Below, piece by piece: positions 1 to 10,580 of a DNA stretch of 64,000 nt; position 1 is the stretch's first letter; each line of letters begins with the position of its first letter. The position numbers and the translations under genes were made by a program. This DNA comes from Pseudomonadota bacterium (lineage in GTDB: Bacteria > Bdellovibrionota_B > Oligoflexia > Silvanigrellales > Silvanigrellaceae). Under the pieces are notes generated by a model. The model was not told the origin of the DNA. It searched no databases and saw only the letters and a list, made by a program, of their open reading frames with translations. The stretch lies in assembly GCA_039799905.1 (NCBI GenBank), contig JBDLRP010000034.1, forward strand, positions 32,001-96,000, in the 5' to 3' direction.

Positions 1-3000
1 GGCTCGGCCATCGAAATTCCGTAGATCGTATCGAGAATTTCCATCGTGCGGCGGTTGTGGGTGATGACCACAAATTGGAACTCGCCTGAAAGTGCCTCGA
101 GGACCGAATTGAACCGGCCGACGTTGGCCTCGTCGAGAGGAGCGTCGACCTCGTCAAGGTAACAAAACGGTGCGGGTGTTGTCTTGAGCAGCGAGAAAAT
201 CAGCGAAATGGCCGTGAGCGCCTTTTCACCACCGCTGAACAGGCTCATGTTCTGCATGCGTTTGCCGGGCAGCTGAACCATGATCTCGACACCCGTTGTG
301 AGCATGTCTTCAGGTTTCAGCAGCTGCAGTTTGGCGTTACCTCCCGGGAAGAGTACGGGGAATATTTTAACGAACTCGTTGTTGACCTGCTCATAGATCG
401 TAGCAAAGCGGGTTTTGGTGGTTTCTTCAATTTCGGCAATCGCTTTGTACAATTCCTGCACCGACGACTCGATGTCGGCTTTCTGTTGGACCAGCAGCAG
501 GCGTCGGCCTTCCGCCTCGCGATATTCATCGACGGCGCGTTCGTTGACCGCGCCAAGTTCGCCGAGTTCGTTGTTAATTTGCCTGATGCGTTTTTCGAGT
601 TCGGCAATCAGCTGAGGATTGTCGTCGGCTTCGGGTGGAAAGTCTGTGGGGTCCAGATTAAAGCGTTCCTTGGCGTCTTTGAGCGACGTCTCGAGAACCA
701 TCTCAAAGCGGCCAAGTTCGACTTGACGCTCCGACACGAACTTTTGCCGCGCACTCTCGTGGTCGCGTTGTGTTTTGAGACGTGATTCCAGCACGCGCAG
801 CTTTTCAGCTATCTCGGCTTCGCTTGATTGTGCCTCCGTCAGTTGTTCTTCAAGCTGACGGGTGTCCGTTTCCAGTTGACTGATTTCGCGTTCAGAACCG
901 GTAAGTTCATCAGTTGCCTGAGCAATCTGTGCGTCGATTTCACTGAGCTGTGCGATGCCGCGGTCGACTTTGTCGCGCAGGCGCTGCAAGTGATACTTTG
1001 CTTCTTCATAATTTCTGCGAAAGTTGGCCTGCCGTTCGACGACCGTAGCGCGCTGGGTCCTGCGTTTGTTCAGCTCATTGAAAATTTCGTCGCGGCGTTC
1101 CTTTTTGTCGGAAAGATCGGCCTCGTAGTCCTGCAGGTCGCGCAGGAATTGTCCGCGCTCGCTTTCCAGCCTGTCGATCTCGCTCTGATTGCGCGCATAC
1201 TGCTGGCGCAGTTCCTCAATTTCGCCCTGTGTTTCCTTGCGCCCCGACTCGACCCGGTTGATGTTTTCGTCCATGTGGCGGAGCTGCAGATCAAAAGTTT
1301 CCATCTGCGAAGTCAGCCGCAGGGCTTCGACCTTTTCACGGGACAGTTGCGTGTCGATTTCCGCAACGCGTGCGAGCAGCTTTTTGCGTCGATCGTCTTT
1401 TTCAAACAGACCGCCCTCGAGTGTGGCCAGCGCAGATTGCGCCGCATCCCGCTCGTTTTCGAGCTCTTGCAATTCACGCTTGCGCTGGAGAAGCCCCTGA
1501 CCCGCGCCATCGGCTGTCTCGCCAAAGGCAATTTCGCGCGTGCCGGACACAAGCGTGCCGCGGTCGGTGATGAACATGAACTGGCCGCGCAATTCCGCGG
1601 GAATGAGCCGGTAAGCCTTGAACAGCAACCACTCATCGCGTGCGATGAACGTACGTTCGAACAATGTTTTGAGCGCTGGTAATTCGCAGCGGGTCAGGCG
1701 ATCGCCTACGCAGCGCACGCCAGTGTGCGACAGAATTTTCGCTTTGGCATCGAGTTCTACAGGTGTGAGCGGCGCAAGCACTTCGGTGAGCAGAAGGCCG
1801 ACACGACTTCCTCCGGACTCTTCGACTTTGTCGAGCACATCGACAAGCACGTCGCCGCTGGTGACCAAAGCGGCTTCCAGCAATTCAGGAAGCGCCCGTT
1901 CCAGCGCTTCTTCGTCCTCTCGCTGAACGCTGACCTTTTCAAAGACAAAGCCGTTTACAAGGTGAGAGAGCTTTTCGCGCAGGAGCTTGGCGCCGTCCGA
2001 CAGTCCGTCGCTGCCGCCGACCATTTTTTGCAAACCGCTTGCGCGGCTGCTGATTTCGATCAGCCGTTCTTTTGCGGCATCACGCTGGGCTTTTGCCGAT
2101 TCAACGCCGTCGCTGAGAATGCTGAGTTCAGCGTCCAGCGCCGCGCGCTCGCTGGCAACCGACTCTAAACCACTCGACAGTTGATTGAGCTGCGATTCAA
2201 CAGAGCGTCTGTCGGCAGCGAGCTGACCGCGCTGATTTGCGAATTCGCGCAGTTGTTCGTCGCCGCGGGCAAGTGTGTGATTTGCCTTTTCGATGGCCGC
2301 AAGAGCGGTTTCGTTGCGCGACCGGAGTAATTTGGTTCCATCTTCGAGTGCGCGGATTTCGGCGCGCAGTTCTTCTCCACGGATGCGCTCGACCTGCAGC
2401 GACTCGTCGCATTCTTCGAGTTGAAACTGCAGCGTTTCACTTTCGGCATCGAGTTGGCGCAATTCCCCGTCAGCACTTTCGAGGCTTGTGAGCATCTCGG
2501 TGTGTCTGGTTTCCTCGCGCAACAGGTTTTCCCGCTCGAGCGTCATTTCCTGCGAGAAATTTGTCTTGAATTGTATGCGCTCGCTTTTGCGGTTGGCGAT
2601 GTGCCCCAGACGCTCGCGAAATTTGGTCAGCGCGAGGCGTTTTTCATCGAAGGCATTTTCGAGATCTTTGATCTGCGAGGTCAGTTCGATTTGCTCGGCC
2701 TTCAGTTCGTTGGCCTCGCCCTCCCACTGGGCGGCTTCAATCGTCTGCGACTGAGTTTCTTTGTTCTTTGACTCGATTTCGTCACGCAGCTTCTTTGCCT
2801 TCGAGCGGAAGAAGCCGATGCGGTTCGAGAGAACGTTGATTTCCTTGTCGCGCAATTCGCCCTGCAACTCCAGCTTGCGCTGCGCTTTGACGACCTGCTC
2901 GCTCAGGTTCTCGACCTGCTTGGTGATTTCGGTTTCGATTTCGCCCAGGTTGCGCAGCTTTTCGCCGGTTGATTCAAGGCGTTTTTCGGCTTCCTTGCGG

Positions 3001-3527
3001 CGCGTTTTAAAGATGCTGATGCCGGCGGTCTCTTCGAGAATCTCACGCAGATCATCGGGCGAGGCTTGAATGATGCGGTCGCGCTTGTCCTGCTGGATGA
3101 TGGCGTAGCTTTTGGAACCGAGACCGATGGCGAGGAGGAAATCAACGATATCCTTCAGACGGCATGGTTCTTTGTTGAGAAAATATTCACGTTCTCCGCT
3201 GCGGTAAATGCGCCGCCCGATGGAAACTTCAGGCAAGTGGAGGAACTCGGGCGGGCATCGTGAGCCGTTGTTGGTGAAAGTCAGCGTGACTTCCGCCATG
3301 CTCAGCGGCTTGCGGCTCTGTGAACCTGCAAAGATGATGTCTGTCGGGTCGTCGGCACGCAGGCTCTTGGCTGTTTGCTCGCCCATGACCCAACGGACGG
3401 CGTCGATGATGTTTGACTTGCCGGAACCGTTCGGGCCAATGACACCCGTGATGCCGTCGTGGTACTGAACGGTCACTCGATCGGCAAAGCTTTTGAAGCC
3501 ATGCATCGTGATGGATTTGAGCTTCAT
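1..3527 (-). CDS. smc: Chromosome segregation protein SMC (3' end truncated by window edge)
   Basis: Manual translation from ATG at 3527: MKLKSITMHGFKSFAD...GPNGSGKSNIIDAVRWVMGE (Walker A), coiled coil and hinge, then SLFSGGEKALTA, YLDEVDAPLD and VITH in the same frame near position 1. Absent from the ORF track because there is no stop in the window. Confidence 0.97.
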   Translation of the reverse strand, partial: MKLKSITMHGFKSFADRVTVQYHDGITGVIGPNGSGKSNIIDAVRWVMGEQTAKSLRADDPTDIIFAGSQSRKPLSMAEVTLTFTNNGSRCPPEFLHLPEVSIGRRIYRSGEREYFLNKEPCRLKDIVDFLLAIGLGSKSYAIIQQDKRDRIIQASPDDLREILEETAGISIFKTRRKEAEKRLESTGEKLRNLGEIETEITKQVENLSEQVVKAQRKLELQGELRDKEINVLSNRIGFFRSKAKKLRDEIESKNKETQSQTIEAAQWEGEANELKAEQIELTSQIKDLENAFDEKRLALTKFRERLGHIANRKSERIQFKTNFSQEMTLERENLLREETRHTEMLTSLESADGELRQLDAESETLQFQLEECDESLQVERIRGEELRAEIRALEDGTKLLRSRNETALAAIEKANHTLARGDEQLREFANQRGQLAADRRSVESQLNQLSSGLESVASERAALDAELSILSDGVESAKAQRDAAKERLIEISSRASGLQKMVGGSDGLSDGAKLLREKLSHLVNGFVFEKVSVQREDEEALERALPELLEAALVTSGDVLVDVLDKVEESGGSRVGLLLTEVLAPLTPVELDAKAKILSHTGVRCVGDRLTRCELPALKTLFERTFIARDEWLLFKAYRLIPAELRGQFMFITDRGTLVSGTREIAFGETADGAGQGLLQRKRELQELENERDAAQSALATLEGGLFEKDDRRKKLLARVAEIDTQLSREKVEALRLTSQMETFDLQLRHMDENINRVESGRKETQGEIEELRQQYARNQSEIDRLESERGQFLRDLQDYEADLSDKKERRDEIFNELNKRRTQRATVVERQANFRRNYEEAKYHLQRLRDKVDRGIAQLSEIDAQIAQATDELTGSEREISQLETDTRQLEEQLTEAQSSEAEIAEKLRVLESRLKTQRDHESARQKFVSERQVELGRFEMVLETSLKDAKERFNLDPTDFPPEADDNPQLIAELEKRIRQINNELGELGAVNERAVDEYREAEGRRLLLVQQKADIESSVQELYKAIAEIEETTKTRFATIYEQVNNEFVKIFPVLFPGGNAKLQLLKPEDMLTTGVEIMVQLPGKRMQNMSLFSGGEKALTAISLIFSLLKTTPAPFCYLDEVDAPLDEANVGRFNSVLEALSGEFQFVVITHNRRTMEILDTIYGISMAE

Positions 3528-3594
3528 AGGTCGTCGTCCCGAACTTATTCTTGATGCCTTAGTATGGCACGCACACTAACTCAGGAGATCGCAA

Positions 3595-4401
3595 ATGGCG
3601 AGTCCCAACCCCGAGCAACTCCTTGAAGCATCTCAATGGCCCCTGCAATGGGTGCGGCTGCTGAAGGATTTTGCCCTTGATTTGGGTTGTGTTGCAGTCC
3701 TCGGGCTACTTGTCCAGTGGTTCGCCCGCTCGCTCCCAGTTAGGCGGCAACTCATTCTTTTAATTCCAACTGTGGTTTTGATTTTATTTGCGGCACGAGG
3801 AATGCCTGAGTTTTTTGCAAAACCAATTCTTTCGCGTGCTGCAAGGCTGCCTCAAGAGGCATGCCGGAACGAGTTTTCAGCACTCGTGGTGTTGGGAGGC
3901 GGCCTCGCCGGACCAGATGATTTGGCATTGTCCAGCCAATCGCGTGTCCGTCATGCAGCCCGTTGGCTCAACGTTCTTCCCAAGGCCAAACGCGACCAAT
4001 TGCGTGTTGTGTTTAGCGCGGGCCCCACGCTGGAGGGCTCGCTCCGACCCGAAGCTGCGCTCATGAAGGAGGCCTTTGCCGCATGGCGACAGGATATTGC
4101 TCTGTCGCAGCTGCTTGTTGAAGATAAGTCTCTGAATACTCATGACAACGCGACACGTGTGGCACAGCTGATGGACGAAAAGGGCGGCGGCCAGACGATT
4201 GCGCTTGTGACAAGTTGGTTGCATATGACTCGGGCATTTGCCGCTTTTCGGCAAGTTGGCTTTGTGGTGTGTCCTGTGCCTTCACCTGCAGTGGAACATA
4301 CCAGTGAGGGCTTCTTGAATTTTCGCAATGGTGATCGCACGGTGCGGGTGCTGAATGAGTATGCGGGTATCGCAGGCTACCGTCTGATGGGCTGGTTGTG
4401 A
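3595..4401 (+). CDS. YdcF/DUF218 (ElyC/SanA-like) membrane protein
   Basis: N-terminal TM segments; VVLGGG, EAALM, EDKSLNTHDNA, LVTSWLHMTRA and LNEY motifs. Confidence 0.85.
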   Translation: MASPNPEQLLEASQWPLQWVRLLKDFALDLGCVAVLGLLVQWFARSLPVRRQLILLIPTVVLILFAARGMPEFFAKPILSRAARLPQEACRNEFSALVVLGGGLAGPDDLALSSQSRVRHAARWLNVLPKAKRDQLRVVFSAGPTLEGSLRPEAALMKEAFAAWRQDIALSQLLVEDKSLNTHDNATRVAQLMDEKGGGQTIALVTSWLHMTRAFAAFRQVGFVVCPVPSPAVEHTSEGFLNFRNGDRTVRVLNEYAGIAGYRLMGWL

Positions 4402-4425
4402 GTCCCAGCAAGGAGATAAAAAATT

Positions 4426-5139
4426 ATGGCTAATCTTGGTGTTAATATCGACCACGTGGCGACCATCCGGCAGGCGCGCGGCACACAATACCCGGATCCC
4501 GTCGAGGCAGCCGTGCTTGCCCAGCTTGGTGGTGCCGACCAAATCACCGTCCATCTGCGCGAAGATCGCCGTCACATTGTCGACCGCGACGTTCGTCTGT
4601 TGCGTAGCGTGCTGCAGGTGCCTTTGAATCTTGAGATGGCCTGCACATCGGAAATGGTGCGCATCGCGCTTGAGGTGAAGCCGGACATGGTGACTCTGGT
4701 TCCTGAAAAGCGCGAGGAGCGGACGACGGAAGGCGGTCTTGATGTCAGCGGACAATTCGCATCACTCAGCGATGCTGTGCGTTTGCTGCAGGGCGCTGGC
4801 ATACCGTGCAGTCTGTTTATTGAACCCGAGCAGAGTGCAGTGGATGCAACCATCCGCACTGGTGCACAGATGGTTGAATTTCACACCGGACGTTACAGTG
4901 AAGTGCTCGCTGCCGAGCAGTCGGCAGAGCTTGCGAGAATTACTGCGGCCACACTTTATGCTCACCAAAAGGGAATCGCGCCGCATGCGGGTCACGGCTT
5001 GAATTATCGCAACGTGATTCCAGTGGCGCGCGTGGCGTACATGCAGGACCTCAACATCGGACATAGCATTGTCGCGCGTGCCGTGCTCGTGGGTCTTGAG
5101 CGGGCCGTCCGTGAAATGAAAGAACTCATCCGCAAGTGA
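4426..5139 (+). CDS. pdxJ: Pyridoxine 5'-phosphate synthase
   Basis: [49 protein letters not shown]. Confidence 0.97.
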   Translation: MANLGVNIDHVATIRQARGTQYPDPVEAAVLAQLGGADQITVHLREDRRHIVDRDVRLLRSVLQVPLNLEMACTSEMVRIALEVKPDMVTLVPEKREERTTEGGLDVSGQFASLSDAVRLLQGAGIPCSLFIEPEQSAVDATIRTGAQMVEFHTGRYSEVLAAEQSAELARITAATLYAHQKGIAPHAGHGLNYRNVIPVARVAYMQDLNIGHSIVARAVLVGLERAVREMKELIRK

Positions 5140-5193
5140 GGATGAGTTTTTCTGCCTCCGGGAGGTACCCGCTGCGGCGGTCTTGCTTTTACT

Positions 5194-5916
5194 TTACGGG
5201 CAAGAGGAAGACACCTTGCTCGGAGTGTTGAGCCCTGATTTGAGAATGTAGCTGACCGTGAGTCCACTGCAGGCAGATGATCCCCTCAATTTGTAGTAGG
5301 TGCCTTCGTCCGCGACACACTGAGCAGTAAACGTAGTGCCGAATGAAATCAGACAATAATCCTTACCGTCGACCCAAGTGCTGCCGATGCTCGTGGGTGA
5401 CTTTTTGATGTAGGTCCCCGATTTCGTCGTCAGGCTCACGCTGGAGGCTGATGGCGGTGGAGGAGGGGGTGGAGGCGCCGGATTGTTTTGTCCACCACCC
5501 TGATTGGCATCTCCATTACCGTTATCGGGGGCTCCCGCTCCAGAGTCTGGACTACCATTACCGGAGTCGGAGTTCCCTGAGCCGTCACCTTTTGCAATCT
5601 TGTCGATGATTCCAATAATTTGCTCAAAGGGGTTTGGTTGTGGTGCGGGCGCCGGCTGCACCGCTGGGGGGAGCTCTGCGGATGCCTTCGGTGGCGGTTT
5701 TTCTTCGCCCTGCTTTGCGTCTGGACGTTTGTTCTGGTCGTCTTTGGTCTGGGCAAGCTGATCGTCGTTAGTGGTTGCTACCGTCCTACAGTTTGGATTG
5801 GAAGCCTGTTTGCCCACGCACCCAACGGTAACGGCGGTGCGCGGCGTGGGTGCATCTGGCGCGCAACCGACGAAAGTACCCGCTGCAACAAAGAGCAGAT
5901 TGAGTTGAAATTTCAT
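5194..5916 (-). CDS. Hypothetical lipoprotein with Pro/Gly/Asn-rich linker and small Cys-containing C-terminal domain
   Basis: ATG 5916 follows AGGAGA; lipobox-like FVGC; poly-Pro linker. Confidence 0.7.
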   Translation of the reverse strand: MKFQLNLLFVAAGTFVGCAPDAPTPRTAVTVGCVGKQASNPNCRTVATTNDDQLAQTKDDQNKRPDAKQGEEKPPPKASAELPPAVQPAPAPQPNPFEQIIGIIDKIAKGDGSGNSDSGNGSPDSGAGAPDNGNGDANQGGGQNNPAPPPPPPPPSASSVSLTTKSGTYIKKSPTSIGSTWVDGKDYCLISFGTTFTAQCVADEGTYYKLRGSSACSGLTVSYILKSGLNTPSKVSSSCP

Positions 5917-6183
5917 GGGTCTCCTTTCCGGAACAAACAAGCTGTCCGGCATACATTCGTGCGTATCGGCAGAAGTTATTCAAATTCTGAATCTTCTAAT
6001 AATTATTCATTGATATTAGATTGTTATGATTATTGCATTTCGATTTGCTGCGTGATCTGGCGGGGATGCGTGCAGCGATTTGTCTAAATGTTTGGAAACA
6101 GCTAAGACTTCGCACTTCGAGAGATTCTCTTTTGAACCAAAGAATTAGCCGCTGTCGCTAATCCGAGCCTGGGAGATCAGCCT

Positions 6184-7791
6184 GTGACCCTCATCCGAAG
6201 TCATGCCGACACGCGTTCCGATGAGTACCGCACCAACTACCGATATCATGAACAACTCAACAATGAATTAGCAGAAAAACTCAATATCATCCGCGCCGGT
6301 GGCGGTGAAAAGGCTCGCACACGGCATGCCCAGCAAAACAAACTGTTCGTTCGCGACCGCATCGCGCTTTTGCTTGATGCAGGGACGCCATTTTTGGAAG
6401 TGGCACCCTACGCGGCCGATGGTGTCTATGACGACAGTGTTCCCGCAGCGGGGGTTGTTGCAGGAATCGCACGAGTCAGCGGTGTCACCTGCATGATTGT
6501 CGCCAACGATGCGACTGTCAAAGGCGGTACCTACTACCCTCTGACAGTAAGAAAGCACCTGAGGGCGCAGGAGATTGCGCTCGAAAATAATTTACCATGC
6601 CTTTACTTGGTTGACAGTGGCGGTGCTTTTCTGCCGATGCAGTCCGAGGTGTTTCCTGACAAGGAACACTTCGGGAGAATCTTTTTCAATCAAGCCAACA
6701 TGAGCGCCCAAGGTATTCCGCAAATTGCATGTGTCATGGGTTCGTGCACCGCGGGTGGAGCGTACGTGCCTGCGATGTCCGATCAGACGATCATCGTCAA
6801 CGGAACCGGTACGATCTTTTTGGGCGGACCTCCGCTCGTAAAAGCTGCCACTGGCGAAGACGTCAGTGCAGAGGATCTCGGCGGTGCGCGCGTTCATACC
6901 GAGATGAGCGGTGTTGCCGATCATTTTGCCCACAACGATGAGCATGCGATTGCGATTTTGAGGGACGTGGTCGCAAACCTTGGGCCGCGCAGTGCCGCAA
7001 ACACTAAACTGCGAACTCCGGAGGCGCCGCGCTACGATGCCGACGAAATTCTTGGACTGTGGCCGCGAGATTTGCGCAGACAGGTCGACATCCGCGAGGT
7101 GATTGCCCGCGTGGTGGACGGCAGCCGGTTGTTTGAATTTAAGCAGCGTTACGCGACGACTCTCGTTACAGGTTTTGCACATATTGAGGGTATGCCCTGC
7201 GGTATCATCGCCAACAACGGAGTGTTGTTTGCGGAGAGCGCGCTGAAGGCTGCTCACTTCATAGAATTGTGCACGAAAGAATCCGTGCCATTGTTGTTTT
7301 TGCAAAACATCACCGGCTTCATGGTCGGGGCCAATTACGAACGCGGCGGAATCGCCAAGGACGGCGCCAAGATGGTGCATGCGGTTGCAACAGCTCGCGT
7401 GCCGAAAATCTCATTGCTGATGGGCGGAAGTTTTGGTGCCGGCAATTACGGAATGTGCGGGCGCGCCTACAGCCCACGATTTTTGTGGACGTGGCCGAGT
7501 TCACGCATCAGCGTCATGGGCGGCGAGCAGGCGGCGCAGGTGATGGTCACCGTCAAACGCGATCAGCTCACACGCGAGGGTAAATCACTCTCTGCCGAAC
7601 AGGCTGAGGAAATCGCATCGCCCATCCGCGCGAAGTACGAACGCGAAGGGCATCCTTATTATGCGTCTGCCCGAATGTGGGATGACGGCATCATCGACAT
7701 GAGAAATACGCGTCATATTCTCGCGGCGAGTCTTGCTGCGACACTTCATGCGCCCATCGAACCAACTCAGGTTGGTGTTTTCCGGATGTGA
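6184..7791 (+). CDS. Methylcrotonyl-CoA carboxylase-type carboxyltransferase (beta) subunit (LiuB/MccB-like)
   Basis: [48 protein letters not shown]. Confidence 0.92.
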   Translation: MTLIRSHADTRSDEYRTNYRYHEQLNNELAEKLNIIRAGGGEKARTRHAQQNKLFVRDRIALLLDAGTPFLEVAPYAADGVYDDSVPAAGVVAGIARVSGVTCMIVANDATVKGGTYYPLTVRKHLRAQEIALENNLPCLYLVDSGGAFLPMQSEVFPDKEHFGRIFFNQANMSAQGIPQIACVMGSCTAGGAYVPAMSDQTIIVNGTGTIFLGGPPLVKAATGEDVSAEDLGGARVHTEMSGVADHFAHNDEHAIAILRDVVANLGPRSAANTKLRTPEAPRYDADEILGLWPRDLRRQVDIREVIARVVDGSRLFEFKQRYATTLVTGFAHIEGMPCGIIANNGVLFAESALKAAHFIELCTKESVPLLFLQNITGFMVGANYERGGIAKDGAKMVHAVATARVPKISLLMGGSFGAGNYGMCGRAYSPRFLWTWPSSRISVMGGEQAAQVMVTVKRDQLTREGKSLSAEQAEEIASPIRAKYEREGHPYYASARMWDDGIIDMRNTRHILAASLAATLHAPIEPTQVGVFRM

Positions 7792-7806
7792 AAGGATCAC
7801 TTGAAC

Positions 7807-9711
7807 ATGAATTCAGGGACTCAAAAAATCATTCGCATTGCCAATGCCGGAGGCTATTGGGGCGATGATCCGTTTGCATTGCGCCGGCAGGTTGGCGGTG
7901 CGCTCAAGTTGGATTACATCTCGATAGATTTTCTTGCAGAAATCACCATGAGTATTCTGCAGAAGCAAAAGCAAAAAGACCCCGCGCTCGGATACGCGGG
8001 CGACTTCATTTCTCAGCTGTCTCCGCTGTTGAAAGCATGCAAAGAGCGCGGAATCAAGATCATCACCAATGCCGGAGGCGTGAATCCACGCGCCTGTGCA
8101 GATGCTCTTTTTGCGCTGGGTCGCCAGATCGGAGTCGACCTGCGAGTGGCGCTGGTTGAAGGTGATGACATTGCTTCCCGTTTGCCGGAGCTCGTCCGTC
8201 AACCCGGATGTGCCATGAAAAACATGGAAACCGGTGATTCGTTTGATGGAGTGTTGCCGCGCGTCCTCAGCGCCAATGTCTATTTTGGCGCGCTGCCGGT
8301 GGTCGAGGCTTTGCGCAGCAACCCTGACATCGTCGTCTGTGGGCGTGTGACCGATACAGGCATTACGCTCGCCGCGATGATTCATGAGTTCGGGTGGTCT
8401 GCAGACGATTACGACAAACTCGCCCACGGTATTGTCGGTGGACACATCATCGAGTGCGGTGCGCAGGCCACCGGCGGCAATTTTACCGACTGGCGCAAGG
8501 TCAAGAGTTTTGAAGACGTCGGCTTTCCGATTCTTGAGTGCTCCGCGGATGGCAGCTTTGTCGTCACAAAACATCCAGACACGGGTGGACTCGTTTCGCT
8601 TCAGACGATCCGCGAACAGCTTTTGTACGAGATGGGTCATCCGCAAAGTTACATCACGCCCGATGTGATTGCCGACTTTTCGACAATCTCTCTGAGCGCA
8701 GACGGAGCCGACAGGGTGCGTGTTTCCGGTGTCAAAGGTCGCCCTCCCACTGATTTGCTGAAAGTCAGCGTTGCCTATTCGGATGGGTACAAAGCCAGCG
8801 GAACTTTGATTATTTCGGGTCCGGACGCGCGCGCCAAGGCGGAAGTCTTTTCCGGAATCATGTGGCAGAAGCTTTCTGCTGAATTGACAAAAGCAGGGCT
8901 TCAGCAATGCCGCAAAACAATGACCGAGTATATCGGTGATGATTCCACGCACCGCGGCCTTTCACCTCAACATTCCGTCAAGGAGGTGCTGGTCCGCTTC
9001 GGCGCACTGGCAAACGAAAAGGCTGCATTGCAGATTTTCAGAAAACTTCTACCGAGTCTTATTTTGAGTGGTCCTTCGGGTGTCGCGGTGACGGGCGGAG
9101 CGCCGGTTATCAGTGACGTCGTCAGTTATTGGCCCGCACTCATTCCCCAGGAAGTGGCGCTGGCTCGCGTATGGGTTGGCGAGGTGAAGGCGCCGCAACA
9201 CGGCGACGTCCGACAGATCACCCAGACCGGCGAACTGCCTTGGCCGCGCACAGGCGGATCAGCTGAAGTTTCCACCGCACCTGCCGATGGCCACACGTGG
9301 TCACAATTTAAGAATGATTCATGTCAGCGGCTGCCATTGTGGATGATTGCCCATGCGCGCAGCGGCGACAAAGGCGACACAGCGAACATTGGTCTTATCG
9401 GCCGGTCGCCGGAGTGTTACGCGTGGCTGCGTGACAACATCACAGCCACCATGGTCAAGCAATGGTTTGCAAGCATCTGCAACGGAGCCGTGAATTGCTT
9501 CAGTGTTCCTAATCTGTGGGCGCTCAATTTCCTTCTTGAAGAAAGTTTGGACGGCGGTGGTACCATGAGCCTGTGCATTGACGCTCAAGGGAAGACACTG
9601 AGTCAGGCGCTGTTACGTTGTGAGGTAGACGTTCCGCTCGGGCTGCTGTCGACGATAGATGCGCTTCACAGGGCGCCGGACAGTGAATTGCTGCAGGGAG
9701 TCAGAGCATGA
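7807..9711 (+). CDS. Acyclic terpene utilization AtuA family protein
   Basis: IRIANAGGYWGD, DFLAEITM, GHIIECGAQATGGN, EQLLYE, ARSGDKGD, DAQGK. Confidence 0.9.
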   Translation: MNSGTQKIIRIANAGGYWGDDPFALRRQVGGALKLDYISIDFLAEITMSILQKQKQKDPALGYAGDFISQLSPLLKACKERGIKIITNAGGVNPRACADALFALGRQIGVDLRVALVEGDDIASRLPELVRQPGCAMKNMETGDSFDGVLPRVLSANVYFGALPVVEALRSNPDIVVCGRVTDTGITLAAMIHEFGWSADDYDKLAHGIVGGHIIECGAQATGGNFTDWRKVKSFEDVGFPILECSADGSFVVTKHPDTGGLVSLQTIREQLLYEMGHPQSYITPDVIADFSTISLSADGADRVRVSGVKGRPPTDLLKVSVAYSDGYKASGTLIISGPDARAKAEVFSGIMWQKLSAELTKAGLQQCRKTMTEYIGDDSTHRGLSPQHSVKEVLVRFGALANEKAALQIFRKLLPSLILSGPSGVAVTGGAPVISDVVSYWPALIPQEVALARVWVGEVKAPQHGDVRQITQTGELPWPRTGGSAEVSTAPADGHTWSQFKNDSCQRLPLWMIAHARSGDKGDTANIGLIGRSPECYAWLRDNITATMVKQWFASICNGAVNCFSVPNLWALNFLLEESLDGGGTMSLCIDAQGKTLSQALLRCEVDVPLGLLSTIDALHRAPDSELLQGVRA

Positions 9712-10580
9712 GTCGTTCTGAACGGTTGAATTTGAGCGTTGATTACAACGGTAAAACACTTTGCGTCCGTCATGCCGGTCATGGTGTGGTGCGGCTGGTG
9801 CTCAACCGTCCCAATGTCCGCAATGCCTTCAATGCGGAGATGATCGCCGAGATAAACGATGTTTTGGCCGAGCTTGCGGCCACGACCGATGAAAACAAAA
9901 TGCGTGTCCTCGTCATCGAGGGGACAGGCGAACATTTTTGTGCAGGCGCGGACTTGGCATACATGCGCGAGCAGTCGGCGGCGGGCGAGCCGCAAAGCCT
10001 GCGTGATGCGCGCGTGTTGGGAACGCTGTTTTTTCGCCTTGCGAGCTTCCCGACGACAGTTGTTTCCGCGGTTCGTGGTGCGGCCATCGGCGGTGGTTTT
10101 GGACTTGTCTGTTGTTCAGATGTGGTCGTCTGCCAATCTTCGTCGCAGTTCGCCACCAGTGAGGTGCGACTGGGAATCGTTCCGGGTGTCATCAGTCCGT
10201 ATATCATCCGCAAGCTCGGTGCCGGACGTTCCGCTTCGTTCATGCTCTCCGGCGAACGACTTTCGGCCGCACAGGCCTTGAGCATTGGTCTTGTCAATCA
10301 TGTTGTTGATTCCAGCGAGACGGATGCCTTTCGCGAGAAACTTGCTGCGGTGGTCAGTGAGCACCTGAAAGCGGGAGCAAACGCAGCCCGCCGCACCAAG
10401 GAGCTGCTGCGCAAAATTCATCCACTCCCCGATCCCGGCCTGTTTGAACACACGGCGTCAGCGATCGCCGTGGCGCGCTGTTCGCCCGAGGGCAAACATG
10501 GTCTGCAGCAATTTTTTGAAAAAAAGCCGACGGACTGGTCTGCTGATGTCGGTGCTGCAGCGTTTGGAGATGTGCAATGA
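9708..10580 (+). CDS. Enoyl-CoA hydratase/isomerase (methylglutaconyl-CoA hydratase, LiuC-like)
   Basis: LNRPNVRNAF, FCAGADL, AIGGGFGL, SEVRLGIVP; operon context. Confidence 0.88.
   Translation: MSRSERLNLSVDYNGKTLCVRHAGHGVVRLVLNRPNVRNAFNAEMIAEINDVLAELAATTDENKMRVLVIEGTGEHFCAGADLAYMREQSAAGEPQSLRDARVLGTLFFRLASFPTTVVSAVRGAAIGGGFGLVCCSDVVVCQSSSQFATSEVRLGIVPGVISPYIIRKLGAGRSASFMLSGERLSAAQALSIGLVNHVVDSSETDAFREKLAAVVSEHLKAGANAARRTKELLRKIHPLPDPGLFEHTASAIAVARCSPEGKHGLQQFFEKKPTDWSADVGAAAFGDVQ

Noticed and set aside
317..3468. Many short ORFs in the ORF track over the first 3.5 kb
   Set aside because: They overlap the smc frame, which the track missed
3565..3580. TGGCAC upstream of the YdcF gene as a sigma-54 promoter
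   Set aside because: No GC at the -12 position
5985..6045. AT-rich patch suggesting foreign DNA or an origin
   Set aside because: Short divergent promoter region with no DnaA-box cluster or mobility genes
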